Below, one piece after another: positions 1-10,109 of a DNA stretch of 64,000 bases. Under the pieces are notes generated by a model that was not told where the DNA came from, did no database searches, and saw nothing but the letters and a program-made list of their open reading frames with translations. A program made the position numbers and the translations under genes. Source of the DNA: Parcubacteria group bacterium (GTDB lineage: Bacteria; Patescibacteriota; Minisyncoccia; Phycocordibacterales; Phycocordibacteraceae); contig JAQBRG010000005.1 in NCBI GenBank assembly GCA_028286615.1, positions 913 to 64,912 of the forward strand, given 5' to 3'. The stretch's first letter is position 1. Every line of letters begins with the position of its first letter.

Positions 1-1
1 A

Positions 2-169
2 GCGTTTATTGTCTACCAGCTCTACCGGTTCACGCATACTCATTCGCCGGTACTACTCCTACTGTCTGCATTCGATGTATTGGTTATCTGGCTTATCTGG
101 CATGAATATAGGGTGGCTAGGGCATATGAGCGTATGGTCGCGGCTGAATCTGCTAGTTTGGGAGCTTAG
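2..169 (+). CDS. 3' end of DUF2127-like membrane protein (partial)
   Basis: Frame 2 reads AFIVYQLYRFTHTHSPVLLLLSAFDVLVIWLIWHEY..., stop TAG 167-169; not in ORF track. Confidence 0.55.
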   Translation, partial: AFIVYQLYRFTHTHSPVLLLLSAFDVLVIWLIWHEYRVARAYERMVAAESASLGA

Positions 170-256
170 ATGTGCAGAAAGTTCCAAGATTGTTCCAGAT
201 CGCTATATCATCCAAAAAGCACCATTTGTTTCGTTAATTTGCGGTACTATTGAACT

Positions 257-649
257 ATGGAAAGAATGCTACCGGATCTTCAAAAGGCGCTCGTAGCCAA
301 CCCCAAAGCAAAGGCCCAGTGGAAAGACCTTACGCCAATTGCGCGTAGAGACTTCATTAGCTGGATAGAGTCAGCGAAACAGGCAGAAACACGCAAGCGC
401 CGAGTTGAGGTTGCTTGCGACAAGCTTGTGGCAGGAAAGCGACGCCCGTGTTGCTACGCAATAGTTCCCATGAATTTGTATAAAGCACTGGACGCGACTC
501 CTAAAGCAAAAGCCCAGTGGAAGACCCTCACACCAGACGCGCGTAGGGATTTTGTTGATTGGATAGAGGGAGCAAAAGACTCTGAGATGCGTACACAAAG
601 AATCGAGAAAACACGCACGCTACTCGCGGCCGGGAAGCAACGTCCTTAA
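257..649 (+). CDS. YdeI/OmpD-associated (OmdA) family protein, tandem domain
   Basis: Two copies of the W..LTP.ARRDF..WI..AK..ETR..R motif. Confidence 0.8.
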   Translation: MERMLPDLQKALVANPKAKAQWKDLTPIARRDFISWIESAKQAETRKRRVEVACDKLVAGKRRPCCYAIVPMNLYKALDATPKAKAQWKTLTPDARRDFVDWIEGAKDSEMRTQRIEKTRTLLAAGKQRP

Positions 650-712
650 ATCTCTGAAGTTGAGCTATCGCAGATGGTTATTGACACAAGGTAAAATATC
701 AAGGAATAACCA

Positions 713-1492
713 ATGTCGTATCTACTTGAATTCTTAGTGTTTGGCATAAAACAGGCGAGGGCTGCAATATTCGCAGGCTCGTTCTTTGTCCTGCTCTTTG
801 CGTCCAACTATCTTCCCCTATACGGACTCCCTAGATACGACTTCCTCTTCCTCTCTGCAGTTCTGCTCCAAGCAATTCTGTATTTCACTGGCCTCGAAAC
901 AAAAGAGGAAGTGAGGACGGTGTTTATTTTTCACTTAATCGGACTTGGTCTAGAGATCTTCAAGACGAGTCCTGGTATTGGATCTTGGAGCTATCCAGAG
1001 GCAGCCTTCTTCAAGATCGCAACGGTCCCGTTGTTTAGCGGATTTATGTACGCAGCAGTTGGAAGTTATATCAGCCAGTCTTGGAATGTAATGAAGCTAG
1101 AGTTGAAAGGCTATTCCAACTACACGCTAAGTGCTGTATTAGGCATACTTATATATATAAACTTCTTTACGAACCATTACATATACGACTTCAGGCTCTT
1201 CCTCATCGCTGCAATATTTATCTTGTTCTGGAAGACACGCGTTTACTTTACCGCCTTGCATAATCGCAGATGGATGCCGCTTAACGTAGCATTCGTATTA
1301 ATCGCTTTCTTCATATGGATAGCGGAGAATGTCTCAACATATTTTGGTGCATGGCAGTATCCAGACCAAGTGCACCAATGGACTCTCGTATCTAGCCAAA
1401 AGATTACCTCTTGGTTTCTCATGGTAATAATCAGCTTTATTCTTGTTGCGTATCTTAAGCACGTTAGGCGAGAATCTCGAAGAGATAATTAA
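713..1492 (+). CDS. DUF817 family membrane protein
   Basis: RYDFL, FHLIGLGLEIFK, GSWSYPE, PLFSGFMYAAVGSY, FIWIAEN motifs. Confidence 0.8.
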   Translation: MSYLLEFLVFGIKQARAAIFAGSFFVLLFASNYLPLYGLPRYDFLFLSAVLLQAILYFTGLETKEEVRTVFIFHLIGLGLEIFKTSPGIGSWSYPEAAFFKIATVPLFSGFMYAAVGSYISQSWNVMKLELKGYSNYTLSAVLGILIYINFFTNHYIYDFRLFLIAAIFILFWKTRVYFTALHNRRWMPLNVAFVLIAFFIWIAENVSTYFGAWQYPDQVHQWTLVSSQKITSWFLMVIISFILVAYLKHVRRESRRDN

Positions 1493-1529
1493 GAGAAATT
1501 CCTACCTCACTATTGCTATACTGTTACCC

Positions 1530-2069
1530 ATGAAAGACGTGGTGTTTATAACCGGCAACCAAAAGAAAGCAGACTACCTTGCTGAACTTCTTGGACATCC
1601 AATAGAGCACGTGAAAGTTGATTTAGATGAGATTCAATCTCTTGATCTTAGGGAAGTGGTAAAGCATAAGATGAGGCAAGCGTATGCACAGGTGCAGCGT
1701 CCGGTACTGGTTGAGGACGTGAGTCTCGAGTTTGTGGCTCTTGGAAGACTGCCCGGCACTTTTATCAAATGGTTTCAAGGAGAGCTCTCATACGAAGCAA
1801 TCTGTCGACTTGTTGACGGCAAAGACAGGGGAGCTGTAGCAAGGTCTGTGTTTGGGTATTTTGATGGAACGAGCGAGGTTTATTTTGAAAGCAGCATGAA
1901 AGGATTAGTGCCCATGCAGCCAGCTGGCACTGGAGGATATGGTTGGGACTCAATCTTTATTCCAGAAGGATATTCCATAACCCGTGCCGAACTTTCTCCC
2001 GAGGAGGACCGCAAGACATACCTACAGATAAAGCCAATTGCAGAGGTGCGAGACTTTCTAACTACGTGA
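1530..2069 (+). CDS. Non-canonical purine NTP pyrophosphatase (Ham1/ITPA)
   Basis: FITGN.KK, LDEIQ, LVEDVSL, LPG.FIKWF, GYGWDSIF; start moved to ATG 1530. Confidence 0.9.
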   Translation: MKDVVFITGNQKKADYLAELLGHPIEHVKVDLDEIQSLDLREVVKHKMRQAYAQVQRPVLVEDVSLEFVALGRLPGTFIKWFQGELSYEAICRLVDGKDRGAVARSVFGYFDGTSEVYFESSMKGLVPMQPAGTGGYGWDSIFIPEGYSITRAELSPEEDRKTYLQIKPIAEVRDFLTT

Positions 2070-2130
2070 GAAATTCACAAACCCCTCTAATTTTGAGCCT
2101 TTTCATGAGACGCGGTATGATACACAGGTT

Positions 2131-3144
2131 ATGGCTTCTTTCTCGCCCCGCATAGGTATAGACCTAGGCACGACTAACGTGCTGGTTTTCATTCCAGGCA
2201 AAGGCGTGGTGCTGAACGAGCCCTCCGTTGTTGCGGTCTCCACAGAAACAAACAAGGTGCTTGCTATAGGTGTTGAGGCCAAAGCGATGATTGGCCGCAC
2301 ACCTGACTCCATCATTGCGTACAGACCTATGAAGGACGGCGTTATTGCGGACTATCGCGTAACCGAAGCCATGCTCCGTTATTTCATGCGCAAGGCACTC
2401 GGACGTTTTCAATTCTTTAAGCCAACCGTACTTGTTTCAGTACCGGCTGGCGTAACCTCAACTGAGAAGCGTGCGGTTATCGAAGCTGCTGTTAAGGCCG
2501 GAGCTCGTGACGCATACGTAGTTAAGGAACCTATCCTTGCCGCTATTGGTGCAGGTATTCCCATTCATGAACCCATGGGACGCATGGTTGCAGACATTGG
2601 TGGAGGCACTATAGACGTGGCGGTGATATCGCTTGGAGGTATTGTTGCTTCAACATCCGTTAAGTGTGCCGGCAACAAGCTTGATAGGGCAATCGTGGAC
2701 CACCTTAAGAAGCAGTACAACCTCGCTATCGGAGACAAGACAGCTGAGGAGGTAAAGATAACAGTTGGTTCTGCGGTACCTGTCTCAGAAGAACTTATGA
2801 TGCTGGTAAAGGGAAGAGATCTGGTATCCGGTCTCCCACGCACCGTTGAACTCAAGACCAATGAAGTGGTGCATGCGCTTAATCGCGAACTAAGAGAGAT
2901 GATGGCTGCAGTACGTAAAGTGCTTCAGGACACTCCTCCTGAACTTGCTTCAGACATAATCGACAATGGCATTATTCTTACAGGAGGCACCTCTCAGCTT
3001 CGCCATCTTCCTGAGCTAGTGTTCAGACGCACTGGTGTCCAAGCAAAACTCGCAGACGATGCATACTTCTGTGTTGCGAGAGGTACTGGCGTTGCGCTTA
3101 AACATTTGGATACGTATAAGCAGAGTATTATCTCGAAGAAGTAG
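2131..3144 (+). CDS. mreB: Rod shape-determining protein MreB (paralog 1)
   Basis: IGIDLGTTN, EPSVVA, DIGGGT, LTGG actin-like motifs. Confidence 0.93.
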   Translation: MASFSPRIGIDLGTTNVLVFIPGKGVVLNEPSVVAVSTETNKVLAIGVEAKAMIGRTPDSIIAYRPMKDGVIADYRVTEAMLRYFMRKALGRFQFFKPTVLVSVPAGVTSTEKRAVIEAAVKAGARDAYVVKEPILAAIGAGIPIHEPMGRMVADIGGGTIDVAVISLGGIVASTSVKCAGNKLDRAIVDHLKKQYNLAIGDKTAEEVKITVGSAVPVSEELMMLVKGRDLVSGLPRTVELKTNEVVHALNRELREMMAAVRKVLQDTPPELASDIIDNGIILTGGTSQLRHLPELVFRRTGVQAKLADDAYFCVARGTGVALKHLDTYKQSIISKK

Positions 3145-3162
3145 GCAATATAGAAATGTAAA

Positions 3163-3197
3163 AAGGGCTCCCGACGCGCGTTGCGAAGGGAGCCCTT
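3163..3197. terminator. Intrinsic terminator between convergent genes
   Basis: AAGGGCTCCC / GGGAGCCCTT 10-bp stem. Confidence 0.65.
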
Positions 3198-3209
3198 GGT
3201 CGTTCTGAG

Positions 3210-3905
3210 CTAGAAGCTCTTGCTGAAGCCGACGTTGAAGGCCGGCTTCGTGCGCTGGATCAGCTTCGTGTTGACGGAAAGCGAGAAGCTTCCGAAGTTG
3301 CGAGCGAGCGTGATGTCAGCATAGGCGGTGTTCAGGTCGTCGGTGAAGTCGCGAGACTCCGCCGTGTCGATGTCGAGCGACACCTTTTCCGAGATGGGCA
3401 CGTTGATGCGTGCGCCGGCGCGGATGAGGCTGGTGTTCGGAAAGTCCTTGGTGCCGAGCCACTCGGTGCCGCGCACGTACGGCATAACCGTAACAGCGCC
3501 AGCTTTGAACGAGTGCCCGAAGTCGGCGTAGATCGCGATGACATCGTCATCGAAGTTGCCGAAGTCGGAAAGAAGCCAGTAGGCTCCCGACACCTTGTAC
3601 TCGACGCCAGCGATCTTGCCAGCGTTGGTGACGGTGGCGTCGATTTCGTCGCCATAGCCGCGGTGGCCGTAGCGGCCGGGGGTAGACAGGTCGGTCGAAG
3701 TCCAGAGGTCGTACGACCAGCCCTTGCAGGTGTAGGTCACGCCGCCTTGGAAGACGGGCGAGTCGACGGTGGCGCCGTTGTCGGTGAAGACGTAGCGGTT
3801 GGCCACGTTCGCATAGACGGTTTTGCTGCAGGGTTCAGCGAACGCCGGCAGCGCCGCGAGGAACAAAGAAGCGAAAGCGAAAAGGGCAAGCGCGCGGTTG
3901 CGCAT
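3210..3905 (-). CDS. Secreted beta-barrel-like protein, TorF/Gcw_chp-like
   Basis: Signal peptide, YVF..G....PVFQGG..Y...G....W.S, EID, terminal Phe (GFSKSF); GC-rich. Confidence 0.55.
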   Translation of the reverse strand: MRNRALALFAFASLFLAALPAFAEPCSKTVYANVANRYVFTDNGATVDSPVFQGGVTYTCKGWSYDLWTSTDLSTPGRYGHRGYGDEIDATVTNAGKIAGVEYKVSGAYWLLSDFGNFDDDVIAIYADFGHSFKAGAVTVMPYVRGTEWLGTKDFPNTSLIRAGARINVPISEKVSLDIDTAESRDFTDDLNTAYADITLARNFGSFSLSVNTKLIQRTKPAFNVGFSKSF

Positions 3906-4006
3906 CTTGAATCTCCATTGTCAGAGGTTGTGGCGGTTGAGTCCGCACGCATACTAAATACTAGTATGAACTATATTTGACTCTTTGTCAAATATGTATA
4001 AAAGCC

Positions 4007-4522
4007 TTATTTAACGCGGGTTAAATGGAGTGCTCCTCCTCCGGTCATATAGCTCATGGTCATCTCTGTAGCAGTGAGTTGGGTGATGGCGTAGTAGAGA
4101 ACCTCTTCTGGGAACTGCACTTTTACGATAACGGCATCTTTCACAACAGGAAGATTAACTGGCTCCTTTGAAGGGTTCGTAACAATAGACCATTCTCCTG
4201 TAACAGTTGCGTCATCATTTCCTGCATAGGTATCAGTTACATTTCCGGATGCAGTAAAGGTACGAGCTGAACGTGAGTCGTCTTGGTTACGCCATACGCC
4301 AACGATACCTGTACGCACCTTGTCGCTCGGGTTGGTGCTAACGGGCTTTGTGGATTCTGTAGGAGAGGTACTGGTAGCAACTTCTTCCTCGGTCTGCACA
4401 CGCGTTACGCGGTAGTTATTCACGAGCCAGTAGCCGGCTATGGTGAGGACTACGCCTGCTGCCAAACCTACGACTGCTGCGAGAATGATCTGCGTTCTGG
4501 TATCCATGTTGTTCGTATCCAT
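4007..4522 (-). CDS. Membrane-anchored hypothetical protein, lipocalin-like domain
   Basis: N-terminal TM, Thr/Ser linker, IVGVW motif. Confidence 0.55.
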   Translation of the reverse strand: MDTNNMDTRTQIILAAVVGLAAGVVLTIAGYWLVNNYRVTRVQTEEEVATSTSPTESTKPVSTNPSDKVRTGIVGVWRNQDDSRSARTFTASGNVTDTYAGNDDATVTGEWSIVTNPSKEPVNLPVVKDAVIVKVQFPEEVLYYAITQLTATEMTMSYMTGGGALHLTRVK

Positions 4523-4579
4523 AGGTATAGGCGTTAAGGCGGGTATGCGTAAAGTGTAGCACCGCGGTATTCTGGGTAC

Positions 4580-5257
4580 ATGGCGCACCATGCGTATGTC
4601 TATGCGGGCGAACTCGAAGAGGGGATAGAAGCCGCGCTTGTCTTTGCTGAGAACGAGCTCTCGATGCCCGTGCTTGCGAACCCTGATATTGCTGTGTGGA
4701 GACACGGACTCTTTTCTGTCGATGACGCCCGTGCTGCCGGCATGTTCGCGGCCCAGGCTCCTATTGGCGACAAGAAGCTCATGGTTATCGCTGCGAGCCG
4801 TCTCTTCCATGAGGCACAGAACGCACTTCTCAAACTCTTTGAAGAACCGCCTGAGGGCACAACTCTCATCTTGATTATTCCCGCAGAGGGAATACTTCTC
4901 CCAACACTTCGTTCGCGCATCTTAATGCTTCCGAACCAGACAAAAGAAAAAGGAAAGGCAGAGGAATATCTGAAAGCAACTGTTGAAGCCAGAGCCAAGA
5001 TTGTTGCCAAACTCATAGATCGCACTAAAGGAGACAAGGACGAAGAAAAACAAGCAGCACGTCTTGAGATGCTCCATATATTAGAAGGCATAACGCGTGC
5101 TGCTTATGCGGCGAGAAGCAAAGCGAAAGATACGCATGAGCTTGATCTGTTTCTTTCAGACCTCGACCGATTCATTCCCATGCTTCACGACCGGTCTGCT
5201 CCCTACAAACTTATCTTCGAACACCTTTCGCTAGTACTCCCAAAGGAGCTTCGCTAG
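4580..5257 (+). CDS. holB: DNA polymerase III delta-prime-like subunit
   Basis: HHAY, EAQNALLKLFEEPP, LLPTLRSR. Confidence 0.8.
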   Translation: MAHHAYVYAGELEEGIEAALVFAENELSMPVLANPDIAVWRHGLFSVDDARAAGMFAAQAPIGDKKLMVIAASRLFHEAQNALLKLFEEPPEGTTLILIIPAEGILLPTLRSRILMLPNQTKEKGKAEEYLKATVEARAKIVAKLIDRTKGDKDEEKQAARLEMLHILEGITRAAYAARSKAKDTHELDLFLSDLDRFIPMLHDRSAPYKLIFEHLSLVLPKELR

Positions 5258-5276
5258 TGCTACACTGGCGCTATCT

Positions 5277-5828
5277 ATGGCATACGATTTTTCGAAACTA
5301 AACGGGGCAATTAAGGAAACTGAGGAATGGCTCATGCGTGAGCTTTCAACTATCCGCACAGGACGCGCAGTGCCTTCTATTCTGGATAACGTAAAGCCTG
5401 AGGCATACGGCACCAAATCTCCTTTAACGCAGATTGCGAGTGTATCGGTTGAAGACGCACGTTCTATTCGTGTGGTGCCTTGGGACAAGACGCTCATGCG
5501 CGATATTGAGAAAGCTATTGTTGATGCGGATTTAGGCGTGGGTGTTTCAACAGACGACCAGGGTCTTCGCGTTACATTCCCTGAACTAACTGGCGAGCGC
5601 CGCACTATGCTTCTTAAGGTTGCGGGAGAGAAGACAGAACAGGCTCGCGTTACGCTCCGCGGACACCGTGCAGCAACGCTTAAAGATATTGAGGCTGCAG
5701 AAAAAGAAGGAGGCATGGGACAAGACGATGTGAAGCGCTACAAGGACGAAGTGCAGAAGCTTATAGACAAAGGCGGGGAAGCACTCGATGCGCTTCTAAA
5801 GAAAAAGGAAGTTGAGATTTCAAACTAG
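5277..5828 (+). CDS. frr: Ribosome recycling factor
   Basis: IRTGRA.PSILD, FPELTGERR. Confidence 0.95.
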   Translation: MAYDFSKLNGAIKETEEWLMRELSTIRTGRAVPSILDNVKPEAYGTKSPLTQIASVSVEDARSIRVVPWDKTLMRDIEKAIVDADLGVGVSTDDQGLRVTFPELTGERRTMLLKVAGEKTEQARVTLRGHRAATLKDIEAAEKEGGMGQDDVKRYKDEVQKLIDKGGEALDALLKKKEVEISN

Positions 5829-5831
5829 TAC

Positions 5832-6935
5832 ATGTCTATCGTTATCTTTATTCTCGTCCTCATTGCGCTCATCGTAGTGCACGAGCTTGGACATTTCTTT
5901 GCAGCAAAGCTCTCAGGCATGCGCGTAGACGAGTTCGGTATCGGGTATCCACCTCGTGCTCTTACCATCGCTCGCAAGAATGGAACGGCGTATACCCTCA
6001 ACTGGCTGCCATTCGGCGGCTTCGTTAAGATCTTTGGCGAAGACCCGATTGCAGGAACCTTGGGAGATCCTAAAGCCTTCTCTTCTCGTCCTCGCATTCT
6101 GCAGGCATTAACGCTTGTTGCAGGTATTGCCATGAACCTCGTGTTTGCATGGGTGCTGCTTTCAGTATCTCTAGGACTCGGAACATTGCGAGCACTTTCT
6201 CCTGAAGAAGCTGCTATGGCTCCTGACGCGCAGCTTGCTGTTGCAAACGTGCTTCCAGGATCTCCTGCAGAAGTTGCAGGTCTTAAACAGGGCGATGTTA
6301 TTACGCACATTGAAGGCGCAGGAGGGGAATACATTGGAGCAGACCCCGTCCAGTTCACCGCTTTCGTTTCAGAACATGAGGCGGGTATTCCTCTCGCAAT
6401 TCATGTTAAGAACCAGGCAGGAGTTGAGCGCGATATAACCGTCGCAACCAAGAAGGGAGTTGTTGTTTCTGAGCCAGAGCGCGCCGCGCTTGGTGTAGGG
6501 CTCGCAACTATTGGTACCGTTAAGGTTGCTTGGTACAAAGCACCTGTAGACGGCCTTATCCTAACCTGGGAAGTTACCAAAGAGACCGCTTTCGCACTCA
6601 TTCACTTCTTTGCAGGCATCTTTACCTTTACAGCAGACCTCTCTCAAGTAGCAGGACCTGTGGGTATTGCGGGAGCGGTAGGGAACGCAGCGAGCGACAG
6701 TTTCGCCTCTCTGCTCTCTATAACTGCCCTTATTTCTATAAACCTCGCTCTCATTAACTTGCTCCCAATCCCAGCACTTGATGGAGGACGTCTTCTCTTT
6801 GTTATTGTCGAAGCTATAACCAGGAAGCCTATTAACGTGACATTCGTGAACGTGGTTAACACCGGAGGTTTTATGCTCCTCGTGCTATTGATGTTGGTTA
6901 TAACAGCACACGATATTTTTAAAATCGTTGGCTAG
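5832..6935 (+). CDS. rseP: Site-2 protease (M50) with PDZ domain
   Basis: HELGH, LPFGGFV, NLLPIPALDGG. Confidence 0.92.
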   Translation: MSIVIFILVLIALIVVHELGHFFAAKLSGMRVDEFGIGYPPRALTIARKNGTAYTLNWLPFGGFVKIFGEDPIAGTLGDPKAFSSRPRILQALTLVAGIAMNLVFAWVLLSVSLGLGTLRALSPEEAAMAPDAQLAVANVLPGSPAEVAGLKQGDVITHIEGAGGEYIGADPVQFTAFVSEHEAGIPLAIHVKNQAGVERDITVATKKGVVVSEPERAALGVGLATIGTVKVAWYKAPVDGLILTWEVTKETAFALIHFFAGIFTFTADLSQVAGPVGIAGAVGNAASDSFASLLSITALISINLALINLLPIPALDGGRLLFVIVEAITRKPINVTFVNVVNTGGFMLLVLLMLVITAHDIFKIVG

Positions 6936-7393
6936 GACACGCCAATCTGGTGCCGTGCAACAGAACCATCTGGCGCGAAATACAGTTCGCCATGCACAGA
7001 CTTTCCCTCAAGCACTTGAGGAAGCCAGTACGTATCTGAAACCCACATCTCCTCGTACGGGATATCTTTTAGTGCAAACCACCTGGGTGCCATCTCTTCT
7101 GTCTCAATTGGTTCCCCCTCCCATTTCTTTATAAGGAATATGTGTACACGCTGGCTCCACTCAGGTTTGTCTACAAAATAGAAATCAATATGCCCTCGGC
7201 GTTCAAGAGCAGATGGTTCGGCCGATACTAGTATCTCTTCCTGCAATTCTCGAATTGTTGCCTGTTCAATACTTTCCCCCTCATCAACTTTGCCTCCAAG
7301 CCCGTTCCATTTGCTCATGCCGAAGCCGCGCTTCTTCATGGCCAAACAGATTCTCTCGCTATCTAGGAGAAAGCAGAGGGATGTGTCTCTCAT
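6932..7393 (-). CDS. NUDIX hydrolase, 8-oxo-dGTPase (NUDT1/MTH1-like)
   Basis: KKRGFG..KWNG.GGKV, RELQEE, MW.SD.YW. Confidence 0.88.
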   Translation of the reverse strand: MRDTSLCFLLDSERICLAMKKRGFGMSKWNGLGGKVDEGESIEQATIRELQEEILVSAEPSALERRGHIDFYFVDKPEWSQRVHIFLIKKWEGEPIETEEMAPRWFALKDIPYEEMWVSDTYWLPQVLEGKSVHGELYFAPDGSVARHQIGVS

Positions 7394-7450
7394 GCGTAAA
7401 TGGTATCACCTCGTGGGTAGATAAAAAGAACGTGCCGCATGTGAGTTAGG

Positions 7451-7720
7451 TTATGCGACACGTTGAAGTCCTGAGGTCTCTTCACAGCGAAATACAGACG
7501 GGATTCTTGCAATACTCTCAGTATCAAACGGTTCGCACCCGGGTGCGTGGTGTTTCAAACGTTCGAGCCTGAGAGAGAAACCGCGCACATGTACAGCTAT
7601 GATGGTTCGTTGGTAAAGACCTTTCGGGGAAATAGGCATATTGCAGTGATAGCAGGCATGGGCCTTGCGCGCCTTATAAACCTGCGAGCTTACGACCTCT
7701 GAAGATGCTTCCATTTGCAA
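7451..7720 (-). CDS. Hypothetical small protein with CxxC
   Basis: KARK.H.CYHC motif; AGGAGG upstream. Confidence 0.5.
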   Translation of the reverse strand: MQMEASSEVVSSQVYKARKAHACYHCNMPISPKGLYQRTIIAVHVRGFSLRLERLKHHAPGCEPFDTESIARIPSVFRCEETSGLQRVA

Positions 7721-7785
7721 GTCCTCCTAGGGAAAATCATACACCCGAGGGACCTTTTGCCCTTCTCTGAAGAGGGCACTATACT

Positions 7786-9051
7786 GTGGAGACTATGCGG
7801 CAAACCCAGCTATTTACGAAGACCAGGCGCGAGGCTCCAAAAGACGAGACTGCCAAGAACGCGCAGCTCCTCATTCGTGCAGGATTCGTGCACAAAGAGA
7901 TGGCAGGAGTGTACTCATATCTGCCTCTTGGACTCCGTGTGCTTGAAAACATTACTCAGATTATCCGTGAGGAGATGAATGCTATCGGCGGGCAGGAACT
8001 GATAATGACAGCACTTCAAGACAAAGAACTCTGGAGTCGTACTGATAGATGGGACGACGAGAAAGTTGATAACTGGTTCAAGACTTCTCTTAAGAGCGGA
8101 GGAGAGACCGGTCTCGCTATTACGCACGAAGAACCGCTTACCCGTATCATGACGGACCACATCTCTTCGTATAGAGATCTTCCGGTATTTGCATACCAGT
8201 TCCAGAATAAGTTTAGAAACGAGATGCGCGCGAAGTCTGGCGTTATGCGTGGACGGGAATTTTTAATGAAAGATCTCTACTCGTTCTCAGCAACACAAGA
8301 GCAGCATGAGGAACAATACGCTCTAGCGCGCGAGGCATACAAGAAGATATTCGAGAGACTGGGTATTGGTTCTCAGACTCATATAACCTTTGCCTCAGGA
8401 GGTGTGTTCAGCGAATTCTCTGAAGAATTCCAGACCATATCTGAAGCTGGCGAAGACCTTATTTATGTAGACGAAGAGACAGGTGTGGCGGTTAACAAAG
8501 AGGTGCTTACAGACGAAACGCTTTCAACGCTTGGTCTTGTACGTGAGAAGCTGGTTGAAAAGAAGGCGATTGAGTCTGGAAACATCTTCCATCTCGGAAC
8601 TAAGTTCTCTGAGCCGCTCGGTCTTATGTATGCAGATGCTGACGGCACGAAGAAGCCTGTGATCATGGGTTCTTATGGTATTGGCGTTAGTCGCATGATC
8701 GGAGTGCTGGTTGAAACACTCGCAGACGACAAGGGAATCGTATGGCCCGAGGCTGTAGCGCCATTCAAGATTCATCTTGTTTCTCTAGTACCTAACGACG
8801 AAGTGTCAGTTGCCTACGCTGATGCGCTATATGACGAGTTCACCAAGATGGGAGCAACGGTTCTTTATGACGACCGAGATGCACGTGCCGGAGAAAAGCT
8901 CGCAGACAGCGATCTTATGGGCATGCCGTGGCGAGTGATTGTTGGAAAGCAGACGGTTGAAAGCGGGAATGTTGAGGTGGTTAACCGCGCAACGGGAGAA
9001 GTGAAGCACCTCACACGTAAAGAACTCATTTCTTGGGCTGGGACCGCATAG
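7786..9051 (+). CDS. proS: Proline--tRNA ligase (short form)
   Basis: LLIRAGF, THEE, FRNEMR, REFLMKD, MGSYGIG. Confidence 0.93.
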   Translation: METMRQTQLFTKTRREAPKDETAKNAQLLIRAGFVHKEMAGVYSYLPLGLRVLENITQIIREEMNAIGGQELIMTALQDKELWSRTDRWDDEKVDNWFKTSLKSGGETGLAITHEEPLTRIMTDHISSYRDLPVFAYQFQNKFRNEMRAKSGVMRGREFLMKDLYSFSATQEQHEEQYALAREAYKKIFERLGIGSQTHITFASGGVFSEFSEEFQTISEAGEDLIYVDEETGVAVNKEVLTDETLSTLGLVREKLVEKKAIESGNIFHLGTKFSEPLGLMYADADGTKKPVIMGSYGIGVSRMIGVLVETLADDKGIVWPEAVAPFKIHLVSLVPNDEVSVAYADALYDEFTKMGATVLYDDRDARAGEKLADSDLMGMPWRVIVGKQTVESGNVEVVNRATGEVKHLTRKELISWAGTA

Positions 9052-9053
9052 GT

Positions 9054-10109
9054 ATGGCAAAGCGATTTTCACGAAACTCTTTCTTCTCTAGCGACATCGG
9101 GATAGACCTTGGTACCGCAAATACGCTCGTATACGTTCGTGGACGAGGCATCGTTATCTCAGAACCGTCTGTTGTAACAATCAACGAAAAGACTGGACAG
9201 GTTGTTGCGGTCGGAAAGGAAGCAAAGTTAATGCTTGGAAAAACACCTCCACATATTCGTGCCGTACGTCCTCTTGAGCATGGCGTTATCTCAGACTTCG
9301 AAGTTACCGAAGAGCTGCTCGCATATCTTATTAACAAAGCGCAGGGAGGACGCTCTCGTCTTCTTGGTCCACGCGTTGTTATTGGCGTACCGACTGGCGT
9401 TACGAACGTGCAGAGCCGTGCAGTGCGCGATGCCGCTATAACCGCAGGTGCCCGAGAAGTATTTATTCTTGAAGAACCAATGGCAGGAGCTATTGGAGCA
9501 AAGCTTCCTGTTACCGAACCAATTGGCACCATGGTGCTTGATATTGGAGGAGGAACAACAGACATTGCGGTTATAGCGCTTGGAGGTGCTGTTGCTGGAA
9601 AGAGTTCTCAGGTTGCAGGAGACCGCTTTAACGAGAACATTACGGACTTCATACGCAGCGAATTCCAACTTGCGATCGGAGAGAAGACCGCGGAAGACAC
9701 GAAGATTGCTATCGGTGCCGTGCTTCCTCTTGAAGAAGCACTTGAGCGTCCTGTACGCGGACGAGATCTTGCAACAGGCCTTCCAAGAGAAATAGTGCTA
9801 ACCGATACGCATATTCGAGAAGCGCTGGCTCCTTCGCTTGATTCGCTTCTTGAAGCAATGAAGGAGGTTATTGAGAACACTCCTCCAGAACTTCTTTCAG
9901 ATGTGCTTGAGCGAGGCGTAACGGTATTCGGAGGAGGGGCGCTCTTGCGCGGGCTTCCTGAGCTTCTCTCAAAGATGCTCGGTGTGCCCGTGCACGTTGC
10001 GTCTGATCCGCTAACGGCCGTTGTGCGAGGTACGGGCATTGTAACTGAAGACCCACGTCCTTGGGTTGATACTTTCCTTAATGAAGATGCAATTATTCAA
10101 CAAAGCTAA
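9054..10109 (+). CDS. mreB: Rod shape-determining protein MreB (paralog 2)
   Basis: IGIDLGTANT, EEPMAGAIG, DIGGGTTD; precedes mreC. Confidence 0.93.
   Translation: MAKRFSRNSFFSSDIGIDLGTANTLVYVRGRGIVISEPSVVTINEKTGQVVAVGKEAKLMLGKTPPHIRAVRPLEHGVISDFEVTEELLAYLINKAQGGRSRLLGPRVVIGVPTGVTNVQSRAVRDAAITAGAREVFILEEPMAGAIGAKLPVTEPIGTMVLDIGGGTTDIAVIALGGAVAGKSSQVAGDRFNENITDFIRSEFQLAIGEKTAEDTKIAIGAVLPLEEALERPVRGRDLATGLPREIVLTDTHIREALAPSLDSLLEAMKEVIENTPPELLSDVLERGVTVFGGGALLRGLPELLSKMLGVPVHVASDPLTAVVRGTGIVTEDPRPWVDTFLNEDAIIQQS

Noticed and set aside
2131-10109. Two mreB paralogs and several NUDIX/ITPase/MazG genes
   Set aside because: Common in CPR-type genomes; not unusual on its own
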